64,000 bases of DNA from positions 8,479-72,478 of the forward strand of contig CAWCFI010000008.1 of assembly GCA_963794705.1 (NCBI GenBank), written 5' to 3'. Origin of the DNA: an uncultured Acidobacteriota bacterium. Lineage in GTDB: Bacteria > Acidobacteriota > Vicinamibacteria > Vicinamibacterales > CAVVIG01. Both the position numbers and the translations under genes were made by a program. Below are positions 54,806 through 64,000 of the stretch, in pieces; within the stretch, counting starts at the first letter, position 1; each line of letters begins with the position of its first letter. The notes beneath the pieces were generated by a model. That model had not been told where the DNA came from, made no database searches, and worked only from the letters and a program-made list of their open reading frames with translations.

Positions 54806-54806
54806 T
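54798..54806 (+). promoter_or_regulatory. Extended -10 promoter of rpmE
   Basis: TGCTATAAT, followed by an AAGGAG RBS before GTG 54839. Confidence 0.55.
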
Positions 54807-54838
54807 GGCGGTTTCCCGGATAGGGCAAGGAGCACGCA

Positions 54839-55110
54839 GTGAAGGAAGCGATTCATCCGAAGTATTTCGACGTCGAGGCGCGCTGCGCCTGCGGCGCGAC
54901 CTGGAAGACCCGGTCGACCAAGCCTGAGCTGCACCTCGAAATCTGCTCGAGCTGCCACCCGTTCTTCACGGGCAAGCAGAAGCTGCTCGATACCGAAGGC
55001 CGCGTCGAGCGGTTCAGCAAGAAGTTCGGCGCCCAGACGTCCGAAAGCCGCAAGACCGCCGCGCGGCGGCGAAGGCGAAGAAGGCCAAGCGGCCGACGGC
55101 CACGCGCTAG
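54839..55110 (+). CDS. rpmE: 50S ribosomal protein L31 (Zn-binding type; C-terminal indel)
   Basis: [13 protein letters not shown] and [25 protein letters not shown]. Confidence 0.95.
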
Positions 55111-55119
55111 ACGCTCGCG

Positions 55120-55199
55120 GAAGTGCAGAAGTGACGAAGTCTGAAGTACGAGTCCTTCAGACTTCGCCTTCGAACTTCAAACTTCTCGCTTCCAGCTTC
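55120..55199. repeat. Inverted GAAGT/ACTTC 7-8-mer arrays at the rpmE-mrfB convergence
   Basis: GAAGTGCA GAAGTGAC GAAGTCT GAAGTAC, then CAGACTTC GCCTTC GAACTTC AAACTTC TCGCTTC CAGCTTC. Confidence 0.7.
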
Positions 55200-56513
55200 C
55201 TCTCTATCCTCGCCAGCCGGTAGCGCGCGGCGTCCGCCCACCCGAGATCGCATCCGGCTCTCCAGATTTCTGCAGCGCGAACGCTTTCGCCGACCGCGAG
55301 ATCGCGCACGCGGTGCTCGTGATGAATCGCGAGCGCTTCGGCGGCGTCGCGCAGCGATCGGCGCCGGGCAGCCCCGCATCTCCACCAGCTCGCGCCAGCA
55401 TGCCGCCGCTTCGTCGTGCGTCCGCGCGCGGCGGCACGCCAGCGCCAGCGCGCGCAGCGCCTCGATCCGGATCGGATCGTAGGCGCCGCGCGGCGAGCGG
55501 CAGCGCTCGATCGCGCGGCGAAAGCTCGCGCGCCGCCTGTTCCGTCGAGCGCCGCCGCGCGCGTAGACGTGGCCGAGCGCCAGCGCCTCGCGCGGCGTCG
55601 CCGGCAGCGTCCGGGCCGCGACGCGGCCAGGTCAGTCAGCCGCGCGGTGAGCGCGGCGAGCGTCAGCAGATCCAGCCGGTTGTGCTCGAGCACCGCCGCG
55701 CAGCGGCGCGCGCGTCGCCGCTGCGCACGAACTGGAAGTAGCGCGCGGGAATCTCGAAGCCCGGCACGTCGCCGCGGCGCCGCAGGCCGACGAGCTGGCG
55801 CTCGAGCGATTGCAGCGAGCAGCCTTCGGACCTGAACCCCTGCGTCAACAGCTCACCGTCGTCGCGTCGGAGCCCTCCGGGGCTGCCGTTGCGCGGCTTC
55901 CAGAATCGCCGCGCCGGATGCAGGACGTCGAGGTGCGGCAGGTCGCGTCCGCTCCACGCCATCCGATGAAACAGATAGCGGCCTTCGAGCAGCGGCGCGT
56001 CGAACGACTTGCCGTTGAAGCTGACGAGCGCGCCCGCGCGCGCCAGCTCGCGCGGCAACCGCCTCGAGCAGCGGCCGCTCGTCGGCATGGCGGGCGAGCA
56101 GGAACTGTCGCGTCACGAACGCGCCGTCGCGCTCGAACCAGCCGCAGCCGACCAGGAACGCCAGCGTGCCGGCGCCGCCGCTGAGGCCGGTGGTCTCGAG
56201 ATCGAAGAACACGAACGGCGGCCGGGCCGGCGCGCCGCCGGCGAACAGCGGCGCCTCGTCGGCCGATCGCTCGAGCCGCTCCGCCATCGCGCCGATCCGC
56301 TCGCGCCCGTGCAGCGCCGACGGCTCCCATCGCCGATCGACGACGAAGGCGCCATCGCGCCACGCGCCGCCGAGCACGGCCGCGATATCGGCGGCGGCGG
56401 ACGGCGGATCCAGAAGGGCCCGCCCAACATCGGCCCCATGTGGGTCGGGTCCTTGTCGGAACCGACGTTCCCGGCGCCACGATCCCGCGGATGCGATCGG
56501 CCAGCGAGCTCAA
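55157..56513 (-). CDS. mrfB: RNase_H_2 (DEDD) exonuclease with C-terminal helical/TPR region, YprB/MrfB-like (indels)
   Basis: FFDLETTGLSGGAGT, SFNGKSFDAP, HLDVLHPARR, DVPGFEIP, HNRLDLL and LAIHHEHRVRD. It lies downstream of a DUF1998 helicase. Confidence 0.8.
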
Positions 56514-56601
56514 AACGGCACGACCTCTTCGTCAGAGGACGCGGGTCCGAAAGGACCCGCCCTTCAGATGCCGCTTGTAGGCCGGGTGCTTCCGACCCGG
56601 C
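56403..56601. repeat. Two REP-like inverted doublets (GTAG-type)
   Basis: Doublets at 56403-56428 / 56440-56466 and 56541-56565 / 56577-56601, each with an 11-nt spacer. Examples: GCGGGTCC-GAAA-GGACCCGC and GTAG-GCCGGGT-gcttccg-ACCCGGC. Confidence 0.7.
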
Positions 56602-58984
56602 ACGCCGAGCAGATCGAGGATCCTGCAGCGCGGCGGTCTTGGCGAGCGGCCCGGTGTTGCCAATCGGCCCGACGCAGCCGGGGCAGCCGTTCTCGCACGG
56701 GCACTCGGCGATCAGCCGGCGCGTCGCCCTCGAGCAGCTCATGGTGCGCCTCGAACAGCGGCGCGCTGAAGCCGATGCCGCCCGGGATAGTTGTCGTACA
56801 CGTAGATAACGGGGTCTGCGGAGTCGTTTCCGTGCCGCGTCCATCGGAAACGACTCCCGACCCGTCTCCCCGCTGTTGATCGAGATCCCGATGTCGTGGC
56901 CGTCGCACATCAGCAGCAGCTGCGCAACCTGTTTCAGCGCGAACGACAGCCCGACCACGCCGTCGCGGCGATCGTCGGCCGCGTACGGCAGCGCCGCCAT
57001 CACCGCCGACGGAATCGTCAGCCAGTACGACGTCGTGTGCATCTGCTGCTCGGGCAGATCGAGCTCACCCGATCCGACGTTCTCGTTGGTGTAGAACTTG
57101 ATCTTCTTGAACCCGACCACCCGCGACACCACGTGCACCTCGCCATGCGACCGTTCCTGCGCGGCGGCGAACGTATCGATCGGCGTCACCTTCGCGTAGC
57201 TGATCGCGGTGGTGTAGTAGTCGCAGTCGATCGACCGACGAACGCCTTGCGCCCCTCGAAGTCGAGCCGCTCCACCTGGAACAGCTGCCCCTCGACGATG
57301 TAGATCGCCTTGGGGTGGAGCGTGGACGGTCCGCTCGTGAAGTCGGTCTCGCCGATCACCCGCGTCTCGCTGGTGATGTCGACGATCACGAAGTTGTCCG
57401 ACGACACCGACCGCAGGCTGACGGCGTCGGCGGGATACGACTCGTTGGTCCAGGTCCACGGCGCGGCTTCGTCCGCGCGGTGCACCAGGCCCTGCTCGGA
57501 CAGGATCCCGAGAATCTCCTGCAGGTCGGGACGGCCGAAGGCGTCGGTCGCGTGAACGGCAGCTCGAACGCGGCGCACTTGATGTGATCGACCAGGATGT
57601 GCAGGTTGTCGGGATCGATCAGCGCGCGCTCGGGCGACGCGTCGAAGAAGTACGACGGGTTGCGCACCACGAACTGATCGAGCGGCGCGCTGCTCGCCAC
57701 CATCACCGCCGCCGACCGTCCGCTGCGCCGCCCCGCCCGCCCCGCGCGCTGCCAGGTGGAGGCGATCGTGCCCGGATAGCCGGCCATCACCGACACGTCG
57801 AGCGCGCCGATGTCGATGCCGAGCTCGAGCGCGTTGGTCGAGACCACCGCGCGCACCGCGCCGTCGCGCAGCCCCTTTTCAATCTCACGCCGCCGCATCG
57901 GCAGATAGCCGCCGCGATAGCCGCGGATTTTTTCCGGCGCGCCGGGAATGCCTTCGAAATCGTCCTTCAGATACGTCGTCAGGATCTCGGTCGAGAGCCG
58001 GCTTTGCGCGAAGACGATGATCTGCAGGTGGCGTTTGAGGAACTCCGATGCGACGCGCCGCGTCTCGGCCAGATACGATCGGCGAATGCCGAGCTGATGG
58101 TTGACGACCGGAGGGTTCACGAACACGAAGAACTTCTCGCCCCGGGGCGCGCCGTTCCTGTCCACCAGCTCGAACGGCTGCTCGGTCAGGCGCTCCGCGA
58201 GCTCGCGCGGATTCTGGATCGTCGCCGACGAGCAGAGGAACACCGGGCTGGATCCGTAGTGCGCGCAGATCCTGCGGAGCCGCCGCAGCACGTTGCAGAG
58301 ATGGCTGCCGAAGACGCCGCGGTAGGCGTGCAGCTCGTCGATGATGACGTAGCGCAGGTTCTCGAACAGCTTCGCCCAGCGCGGATGGTGCGGCAGGATC
58401 CCCGAGTGGACCATGTCGGGATTGCTGAGCACGATGTGGGCGCGCGATCGGATCGTGCGCCGCGCGTCCTGGGGCGTGTCGCCGTCGTAGGTGAACACGC
58501 CGATGCCGGGAGTCCGGCCGCGGTCTGATTCCGCGGCGAGGTCCGTCCCCTGCGCGTCGATCGTCTCGCACATCGCCTGCAGCTCCGCGAGCTGATCCTG
58601 AGCCAGCGCCTTGGTCGGAAACAGGTAGAGCGCGCGGCTCGACGGATCCTTGAGGATCGCATCGAGCACCGGCGCGTTGTAGCAGAGCGTCTTGCCCGAC
58701 GCCGTCGGAGTAATGACGACCGTGTGGCGGCCAGCGAGCGCGTGCTCAATCGCTTCCGACTGGTGCGTGTAGAGCTGATCGACACCGCGCGATGCCAGCG
58801 CCCCGACCAACCGCGGATCGAGCCCCGCCGGGAACGGCGCGAACTGGGCCGTGACCGCCGGAAGACGCCGGACGGCCGTGACGTGAAGATCAGGAGTGTC
58901 GGGCCGGTCGACATCGCGGCCGCCGATGCGCTCGAGCGCCGCATCGAGCGCGCCATCGTTGCGGGATCGTGTCGCGGGGAGCAT
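56510..58984 (-). CDS. mrfA: DEAD/DEAH box helicase with C-terminal DUF1998 Zn domain (MrfA/YprA/Hrq1 family; indels; 3' end approximate)
   Basis: LYTHQ, TPTASGKT, FPTKALAQDQ, YDGDTP, DELH, SATI, ALELGIDIG, QRAGRAGR and CPCENGCPGC. Confidence 0.9.
56812..56863. repeat. Palindromic element inside the helicase gene
   Basis: Perfect 13-bp stem GGAGTCGTTTCCG/CGGAAACGACTCC with a 12-nt loop, flanked by GGGTC/GACCC. Confidence 0.8.
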
Positions 58985-59055
58985 GGCGCAGCATCGTACC
59001 AGCGGGGCGAACAAATGGCAAAGGGATCTGGGGCCATGCTAGTCTTCGCCCACTC

Positions 59056-60399
59056 ATGAGTGCTTCGGCCCAGCCGGATCGCCTTCCTCGCACGCTCGGG
59101 CTGTGGAGTTCGGTCGCCCTCGTGATCGGCATCACCATCGGGTCCGGCATCTTCCGTTCGCCGGCCGGCATCGCGCAGAAGGTCCCCAGCCCCACGCTGA
59201 TGCTCGCGCTCTGGGTGGTCGGCGGCCTCGTGACGCTGTGCGGCGCGCTCTCGCTCGCGGAACTGGCGGCCGCGCTCCCTGAGACGGGCGGTTTTTACGC
59301 CTACATCCGCGAAGGCTGGGGGCGCCAGTGGGCGTTCTGTTTCGGGTGGTCCGAGCTGGTGCTGATCCGCGCCTCGGCGCTGGGTGGCATCGCTGTCGTC
59401 TTCGGTGAATACCTGCTGCGCAGCCTCGGCGTCGATCCGGTCGAGCACTACATTGCCGCGCGGGCGCTGTCCGCAGCCGCCATCGCCTTTGCCGCCTGCG
59501 CCAATATCGTCGGCGCCAACGTCGGCGCCGCCATCGTCGGGGTCTCGACCGCCGCGAAGTTTTCGGCGCTGGTGGTCCTGGTGGGCGCGTCGTTCCTGCT
59601 GGGAGGCGGCCACGGCGCGAGCCTCTCCCATCTGACCGCGGCGGCGCCAGGGTCGATTGGCATCGGCGCGATGGGCCTGGCCCTGGTCAGCGTGCTGTGG
59701 GCCTACGACGGCTGGGGTGATCTGTCGTTCGCCGCCGGCGAGGTGAAGGACCCGCAGCGGAACCTGCCTCGCGCGATCATCCTCGGCACCCTGGCGCTCA
59801 TCGCCATCTACGTGCTGACCAACGTCGCCTACCTTTACGTGATCCCGATCACAGGAATCGCCAACCCCGCCACGCCTTTGGTCGCCGCGGACACCATGAT
59901 GGCCCTGTTCGGCCGGACCGGCGTGATCCTGGTGTCGGTTTTCGTGATGATTTCGTCGTTCAGCTCGCTCAACGGCAGCATGCTCGCGTCCCCGCGGGTC
60001 TTCTTCGCGATGGCCGACGACGGGATGTTTTTCGAGACGATCGCCAGGGTCCATCCGCGCTTCAAGACGCCCTACGTGGCCATCTTGCTGGCGGCGGTGC
60101 TGGGCATCGCGCTGGTGATGAGCCGCAGCTTCGAAGCGCTGACCGAAACGTTCGTGCTGGCGATCTGGCCGTTCTACGCGCTGGGCATCGCCGCCATCTA
60201 CCGTCTCCGCCGCCTGCGCCCGGACATGCCGCGACCGTACAAAGCGATCGGCTATCCGATCGTCCCCGCCATCTTCATCCTCTCGGTCGCCGCGTTCGTG
60301 ATCAACGCGCTCATCCACGAGCCAATTCCGACGACGATCACATTCGCGCTGATCCTCGCCGGCCTGCCGGTCTATCGCTTCGCGTTCGCGCGACGCTGA
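59056..60399 (+). CDS. APC family amino acid permease
   Basis: IGSGIF, AELAAALPETGGFY, WAYDGW, AGEVKDPQRNLP, HPRFKTP and RPYK, with about 12 TM segments. Confidence 0.95.
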   Translation: MSASAQPDRLPRTLGLWSSVALVIGITIGSGIFRSPAGIAQKVPSPTLMLALWVVGGLVTLCGALSLAELAAALPETGGFYAYIREGWGRQWAFCFGWSELVLIRASALGGIAVVFGEYLLRSLGVDPVEHYIAARALSAAAIAFAACANIVGANVGAAIVGVSTAAKFSALVVLVGASFLLGGGHGASLSHLTAAAPGSIGIGAMGLALVSVLWAYDGWGDLSFAAGEVKDPQRNLPRAIILGTLALIAIYVLTNVAYLYVIPITGIANPATPLVAADTMMALFGRTGVILVSVFVMISSFSSLNGSMLASPRVFFAMADDGMFFETIARVHPRFKTPYVAILLAAVLGIALVMSRSFEALTETFVLAIWPFYALGIAAIYRLRRLRPDMPRPYKAIGYPIVPAIFILSVAAFVINALIHEPIPTTITFALILAGLPVYRFAFARR

Positions 60400-60428
60400 T
60401 CTTTTTCACACTTTTCGGGTTTTTTTTC

Positions 60429-60456
60429 TTGATCCACGGCGCGGTACTGCTACTCT
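60429..60456 (+). promoter_or_regulatory. sigma70-type promoter ahead of a small ORF
   Basis: TTGATC-16 nt-TACTCT with an extended TG and an upstream T-tract. Confidence 0.5.
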
Positions 60457-60497
60457 TTTTTCTCGCGCCGATAGATCTGGGTAAGGAGTTGTCGAAG

Positions 60498-60761
60498 ATG
60501 GTTGCACGCGAGCCGCATCTGCGGCGCCGAGGATTCTTCCTGCATTCGTCCGACGGCGAACCGGACACCGGCGAACACGAGAATCCCGAGGGGTTCATCG
60601 TTCGCGTCCGCTTCCCCGGCAATCCGGTCCCGCGCAAGATGGTCAGCGCGCGAGGCCTGTCCGGCGGGGGCCGCAGCCGCCGCACCGATCAGGATCCGTC
60701 CGAGGGTATGCCGGCGATCAGATCAGGGAGCGTGACTGGCAGCCGTCAACGGTCACACTAG
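60498..60761 (+). CDS. Small hypothetical protein (~87 aa, 3' end uncertain)
   Basis: AAGGAG lies 9 nt upstream of the ATG, with a promoter-like sequence further upstream. Confidence 0.45.
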   Translation: MVAREPHLRRRGFFLHSSDGEPDTGEHENPEGFIVRVRFPGNPVPRKMVSARGLSGGGRSRRTDQDPSEGMPAIRSGSVTGSRQRSH

Positions 60762-61503
60762 CGCCGCTGATCCAGCTCGCCCGCGCCGACGCCAGGAATG
60801 CCACCACCGCCCCAACCTCCTCGGGACGGCCAAATCTCCCGAACGGAAGCTCGCTTCGCACGAACGCCGCCATTTCGTCAGGGGCCTCCTGAACGCGGCG
60901 ATCCCACGACCCTCCCGGAAACCGAATCGACCCCGGGGCAACGCTGTTGACGCGGATGTTGTCTCTCGCCAGCTGCTGAGCCATCGCTTTTGCCAGGCTG
61001 ATTTCAGCCGCTTTGACGGCGTTGTAGGTCATCCGGCCGCCCGACTCTCGCCCCCAGATCGAAGCAATCATCAGGATCGCGCCGCCCCCCCGCTTCCGCA
61101 TCAGCGGCACCGCCAGCCGCGACGCGCGAACGGCAGGAAACAGGGTCTGATCGAACGCGGCCTGCCAGTCGGCATCACTGGTGTCGACGATGCCCGCGCC
61201 CTTGGCGAGCCCGATGTTGTTGACGAGGATGTCGAGGCCGCCAAAGGCCTCGACGGTGCGGGCGATGACCGCTTCCACGCCGTCGGCGGTCGACAGATCG
61301 GCGGCGACGGCGAGCACCCGGGCCGGGCCGTCCTGGCCGGCGGCGACCGTCAGCGCGGCGGCCGCCTCATCCAGCGCCGCTGCGCCGCGAGCGCAGATGG
61401 TGACCCGGCATCCCTCCTCGACAAGCGCGCGCGCGCTGGCGAGCCCGAGACCCTTGCTCGAGCCGGTCACGATCGCGACCTTGCCGGACAGTTGCAGGTC
61501 CAT
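60718..61503 (-). CDS. Short-chain dehydrogenase/reductase
   Basis: TGSSKGLG, LVNN, YNAVK, VNSVAPG and VDG. Confidence 0.93.
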   Translation of the reverse strand: MDLQLSGKVAIVTGSSKGLGLASARALVEEGCRVTICARGAAALDEAAAALTVAAGQDGPARVLAVAADLSTADGVEAVIARTVEAFGGLDILVNNIGLAKGAGIVDTSDADWQAAFDQTLFPAVRASRLAVPLMRKRGGGAILMIASIWGRESGGRMTYNAVKAAEISLAKAMAQQLARDNIRVNSVAPGSIRFPGGSWDRRVQEAPDEMAAFVRSELPFGRFGRPEEVGAVVAFLASARASWISGASVTVDGCQSRSLI

Positions 61504-61510
61504 CGTGAAG

Positions 61511-62370
61511 CTAACGGCCTCCGCGGCCGGTGAGATCGTTCAGCGTCCAGTCGAAGGAGGAATAGGTGACCTGGAAGGTGTTCTTCGCGAGGAACTCCTT
61601 CTCGGTACCGGTCAGCTTCGGCAGGACGAACGCGATCACCGCGCGCTCGATCGGACTGCGTGCCGAAAACGCCGCCGGTGCCTTGTCGGCATAGGCGGCG
61701 GCGAATTCCTTTTCCCGCCACGAGAAAATCGAGCTGGCGCTCACCTTGCCGCTTTCCCGGTCGATCGCGATGCATTGGGCGCGGGTGACGCACTCGGCCG
61801 CGACGTCGGCCAGCTGTTCCTCGAGGCGCGCGCCGGTGAACGCCTCGCTTCGCAGCCGGCCACTTCCGGCCGCGCCGCGGCCGATGGCGAAGTAGACGCG
61901 CGGGTCGTGGAAGGTCGGCAGGATGGTCTGCTCGATCTGATCGAGCGTCACGGTGCGGCCGGCGACCCGGTGCGGCAGTCGTTCGAACGCGCCGGAAATC
62001 TGGCGGATGCTCTTGGCCGGGTATCCCCCGAGTGCCCTTGAATCGGATAATGATCGGCCACGGTCCGCAGCACGAGAGCGTCGTAGGCGTTGAGCCAGAA
62101 CGCCAGCTGCTCATCCCGCGACAGCTTGTCGATCGACGCCGTCGCCAGCTGATTGACATAGCTGTCGAGCTTCGCCCGTTCGGATCTGATCGCACGGTAG
62201 TAGACGTCGCCGTTGCGGACGTAGAGATCGAGCAGCGAATCGAACGACTTGGTGCGTGCCGCCTCGGACGACTCCTGCGCGACGGGCGCCGCCACCAGGC
62301 AGCCGCAGATGAGGGCACACGCAAGCCATGTGTGACGCCGTGTGCGCGCGTCGCGTTCAAGGTGAAACAT
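61511..62370 (-). CDS. Secreted DUF547-family protein (indels near 62030 and 61870)
   Basis: Signal peptide, LAFWLNAY, TLDQIE, DPRVYFA, SSIFSW and FDWTLND. Confidence 0.8.
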
Positions 62371-62380
62371 CGTTCCCCGA

Positions 62381-63180
62381 CTATACCCGATGGGTCAGGA
62401 AGGCCGCGAGGGCGGCGTTGAACAAGTCAGGCTGCTCGAGGTTGGACAGATGACCGGCCTGCGGGATGCGCACCAGTTCGGAGCCGGCGATCGCCCGCTG
62501 CATCTCTTCCGATGCGGACGGCGGCGTCAATGTGTCCTCGGCGCCGACGACGATCAGGGTCGGCACGTGAATCGACGAGAGCAGCGGGGTCGAGTCGGGC
62601 CGCGTCATGAGCGCGCGAATCGCGCCCGCGATGGCGTCGGCGGAGCTCGCGAGCACGAGCGAGCGAACCTGCTCGACCACCGCCGGCCTGGCCCGCATCG
62701 TCGTCTCGCCGAGCAGCTTCGGGATCATTTCCTCGGCGACAGCCGACGGGCCCTTGTCCTGAACCACCTGCAGCAGGCGGTGCGTCCCGCCACGCCTTCC
62801 GGCGTGTCGGCCTGCGAACGGGTGTCGGCGAGGACGAGTCCCTGCACGTAGCGCGCGGCGAATCGCAGCAGCGCGAATGCGACATAGCCGCCCATGGACA
62901 GCCCGCCAACCACCACCTGCTTGACGTGCAGCGCGTCGAGCAGATCGATGACGTCGCCGGCGTAGTCGTCGACCGACGTCGCCGGTGGATCGCCTCCGCC
63001 CGCGTCGAACCCGCGCAACTGCGGTGCGATCACCCGCCAGCCGGTGTCGGCGAGGGCGAGCTGGCGCTCCCACATGCGCGCGTTCAGCGGGAAGGCATGG
63101 AGCAGGAGCAGCGTGCCGCGCGGGCGGTCGTCAGATCGCGGGGCGGCTTCGAGGTAACGCAGGCGTCCGATGGAAGGCAC
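62381..63180 (-). CDS. Alpha/beta hydrolase (enol-lactonase-like; indel near 62785)
   Basis: LLHAFP, GLSMGG nucleophile elbow, GAED and AGHLSNLE. Confidence 0.9.
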
Positions 63181-63196
63181 CCGCTCATTGTAGATA

Positions 63197-63583
63197 ATGT
63201 GGGGAGAGGATCCGGTGCTGACGATCGCGTCGCTTGGAATGTTTTCGTACGGGATCTACTCAATCGGCTGGGCCGTGGCGGACCTGCTGCGCGGCGCGCG
63301 CCTCGAGCTTTGGGCTGAGCTGGGTCTGGTCGCCTTCGGGGCGTTGCTGGCGCTTGCCGCCGCGTTCGTCAGGGTCCGGCTGCCAGGAGGCCTGGCGTTC
63401 GCGATCGGCGCGATGCTCGGGCTGCAGGCGCTCGCGGTCCACGACGCGGTCCACCTCGGCGGTAGCGTCCAGAGTCAGATCGTTCGAGGATCGATCGCGG
63501 CCGTCCTGATCGCGCTGGCGGTCAGCGACGCTCCGCCTTCACCAGCGCCGCCATTACCCGATTCTGGTCGTAGGTCGACTTGA
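63197..63583 (+). CDS. Hypothetical 4-TM membrane protein
   Basis: Four hydrophobic segments. An alternative GTG start at 63215 follows GGAGAGG. Confidence 0.55.
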   Translation: MWGEDPVLTIASLGMFSYGIYSIGWAVADLLRGARLELWAELGLVAFGALLALAAAFVRVRLPGGLAFAIGAMLGLQALAVHDAVHLGGSVQSQIVRGSIAAVLIALAVSDAPPSPAPPLPDSGRRST

Positions 63584-64000
63584 TTCGCTCCGCCGCCAGC
63601 ACGAAGGCGGGCCGGCTGTTGGAATCGATGCCCGCCGCACAGCGCCAGCAGGACTTCGGCGGCGTCGTAATCCGACGTCATCTGTCCCACCGACTCGAAC
63701 ACCGCGGTCTGGACCTCGCTGCGCCCGCCCTTCTTGGCCAGCGGGTCAGCACTTCCGGCGATCGTAGATCGACGATCGCCCGGACCGCGGTGAAGAACTC
63801 GTCCCGCACCGGCGGCTCGACGCCGAATCGCTCGAGGTAGAACGTCAGCACCCGGCGACGGTCGTAGTCGAACGGATACCGGCGGCCGCGGCCAGGATCG
63901 TTCTCTTTCCCTCGGCGCCCATCGCGCCGCGCGCCAGCACCTCTTCGAGCGCGACCCGCCTGTCATAGCTCGACTTGATGTGCGCCAACGCCGGCAGCAG
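63522..64000 (-). CDS. 3' part of a helical-repeat protein with I/M-x-S-x-Y-D repeats (indels; runs off the window)
   Basis: Across frames: HIKSSYDRRVAL, IRFDYDRRRVL, MTSDYDAAEVL and IKSTYDQNRVMAAL, then KAERR-stop at 63522. Confidence 0.55.

Noticed and set aside
56510-58984. DISARM or Druantia defence helicase
   Set aside because: The partner genes are absent. The neighbouring RNase_H_2 nuclease fits MrfAB instead.
60400-60430. Intrinsic terminator after the APC permease
   Set aside because: It is T-rich but has no convincing GC stem. It fits better as an upstream element of the next promoter.

Overview
High-GC (~70%) bacterial DNA. Gene order and repeat types suggest Acidobacteriota (Vicinamibacterales-like), which is an inference. 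Positions 1-41.7 kb hold a very large surface-glycan locus. It has a short + strand operon (secreted protein, wzc, O-antigen ligase) converging on a ~37 kb - strand run of about 34 mostly translationally coupled genes. That run encodes a degenerate NtrC-like regulator, a short OPX protein, asnB, wzm/wzt, CDP-deoxysugar enzymes, 7 methyltransferases, a carbamoyltransferase, an aminotransferase, 11 glycosyltransferase genes, a Wzy-like protein, a small phosphoglycosyl transferase and a geranylgeranyl-reductase-family enzyme. Next come an ECF sigma/anti-sigma/Dam-like methylase unit with a divergent membrane-protein gene, tRNA-Leu(TAG) and tig-clpP-clpX-lon-engB-rho. The last part carries AIM24, an aldo-keto reductase, rpmE, an mrfA/mrfB-like helicase-nuclease pair with palindromic insertions, an APC permease and several enzyme genes. 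Many genes, especially after 44.6 kb, have 1-bp indels even in core housekeeping genes. I read these as long-read consensus errors rather than pseudogenes, so some boundaries are approximate. The most notable signals are a catalytically dead, VpsR-like enhancer-binding protein heading the glycan operon, an antibiotic-type (noviose-like) sugar-tailoring set inside a surface-glycan locus, mirror-image twin ECF promoters, and REP-like or heptamer repeats entering coding sequence.
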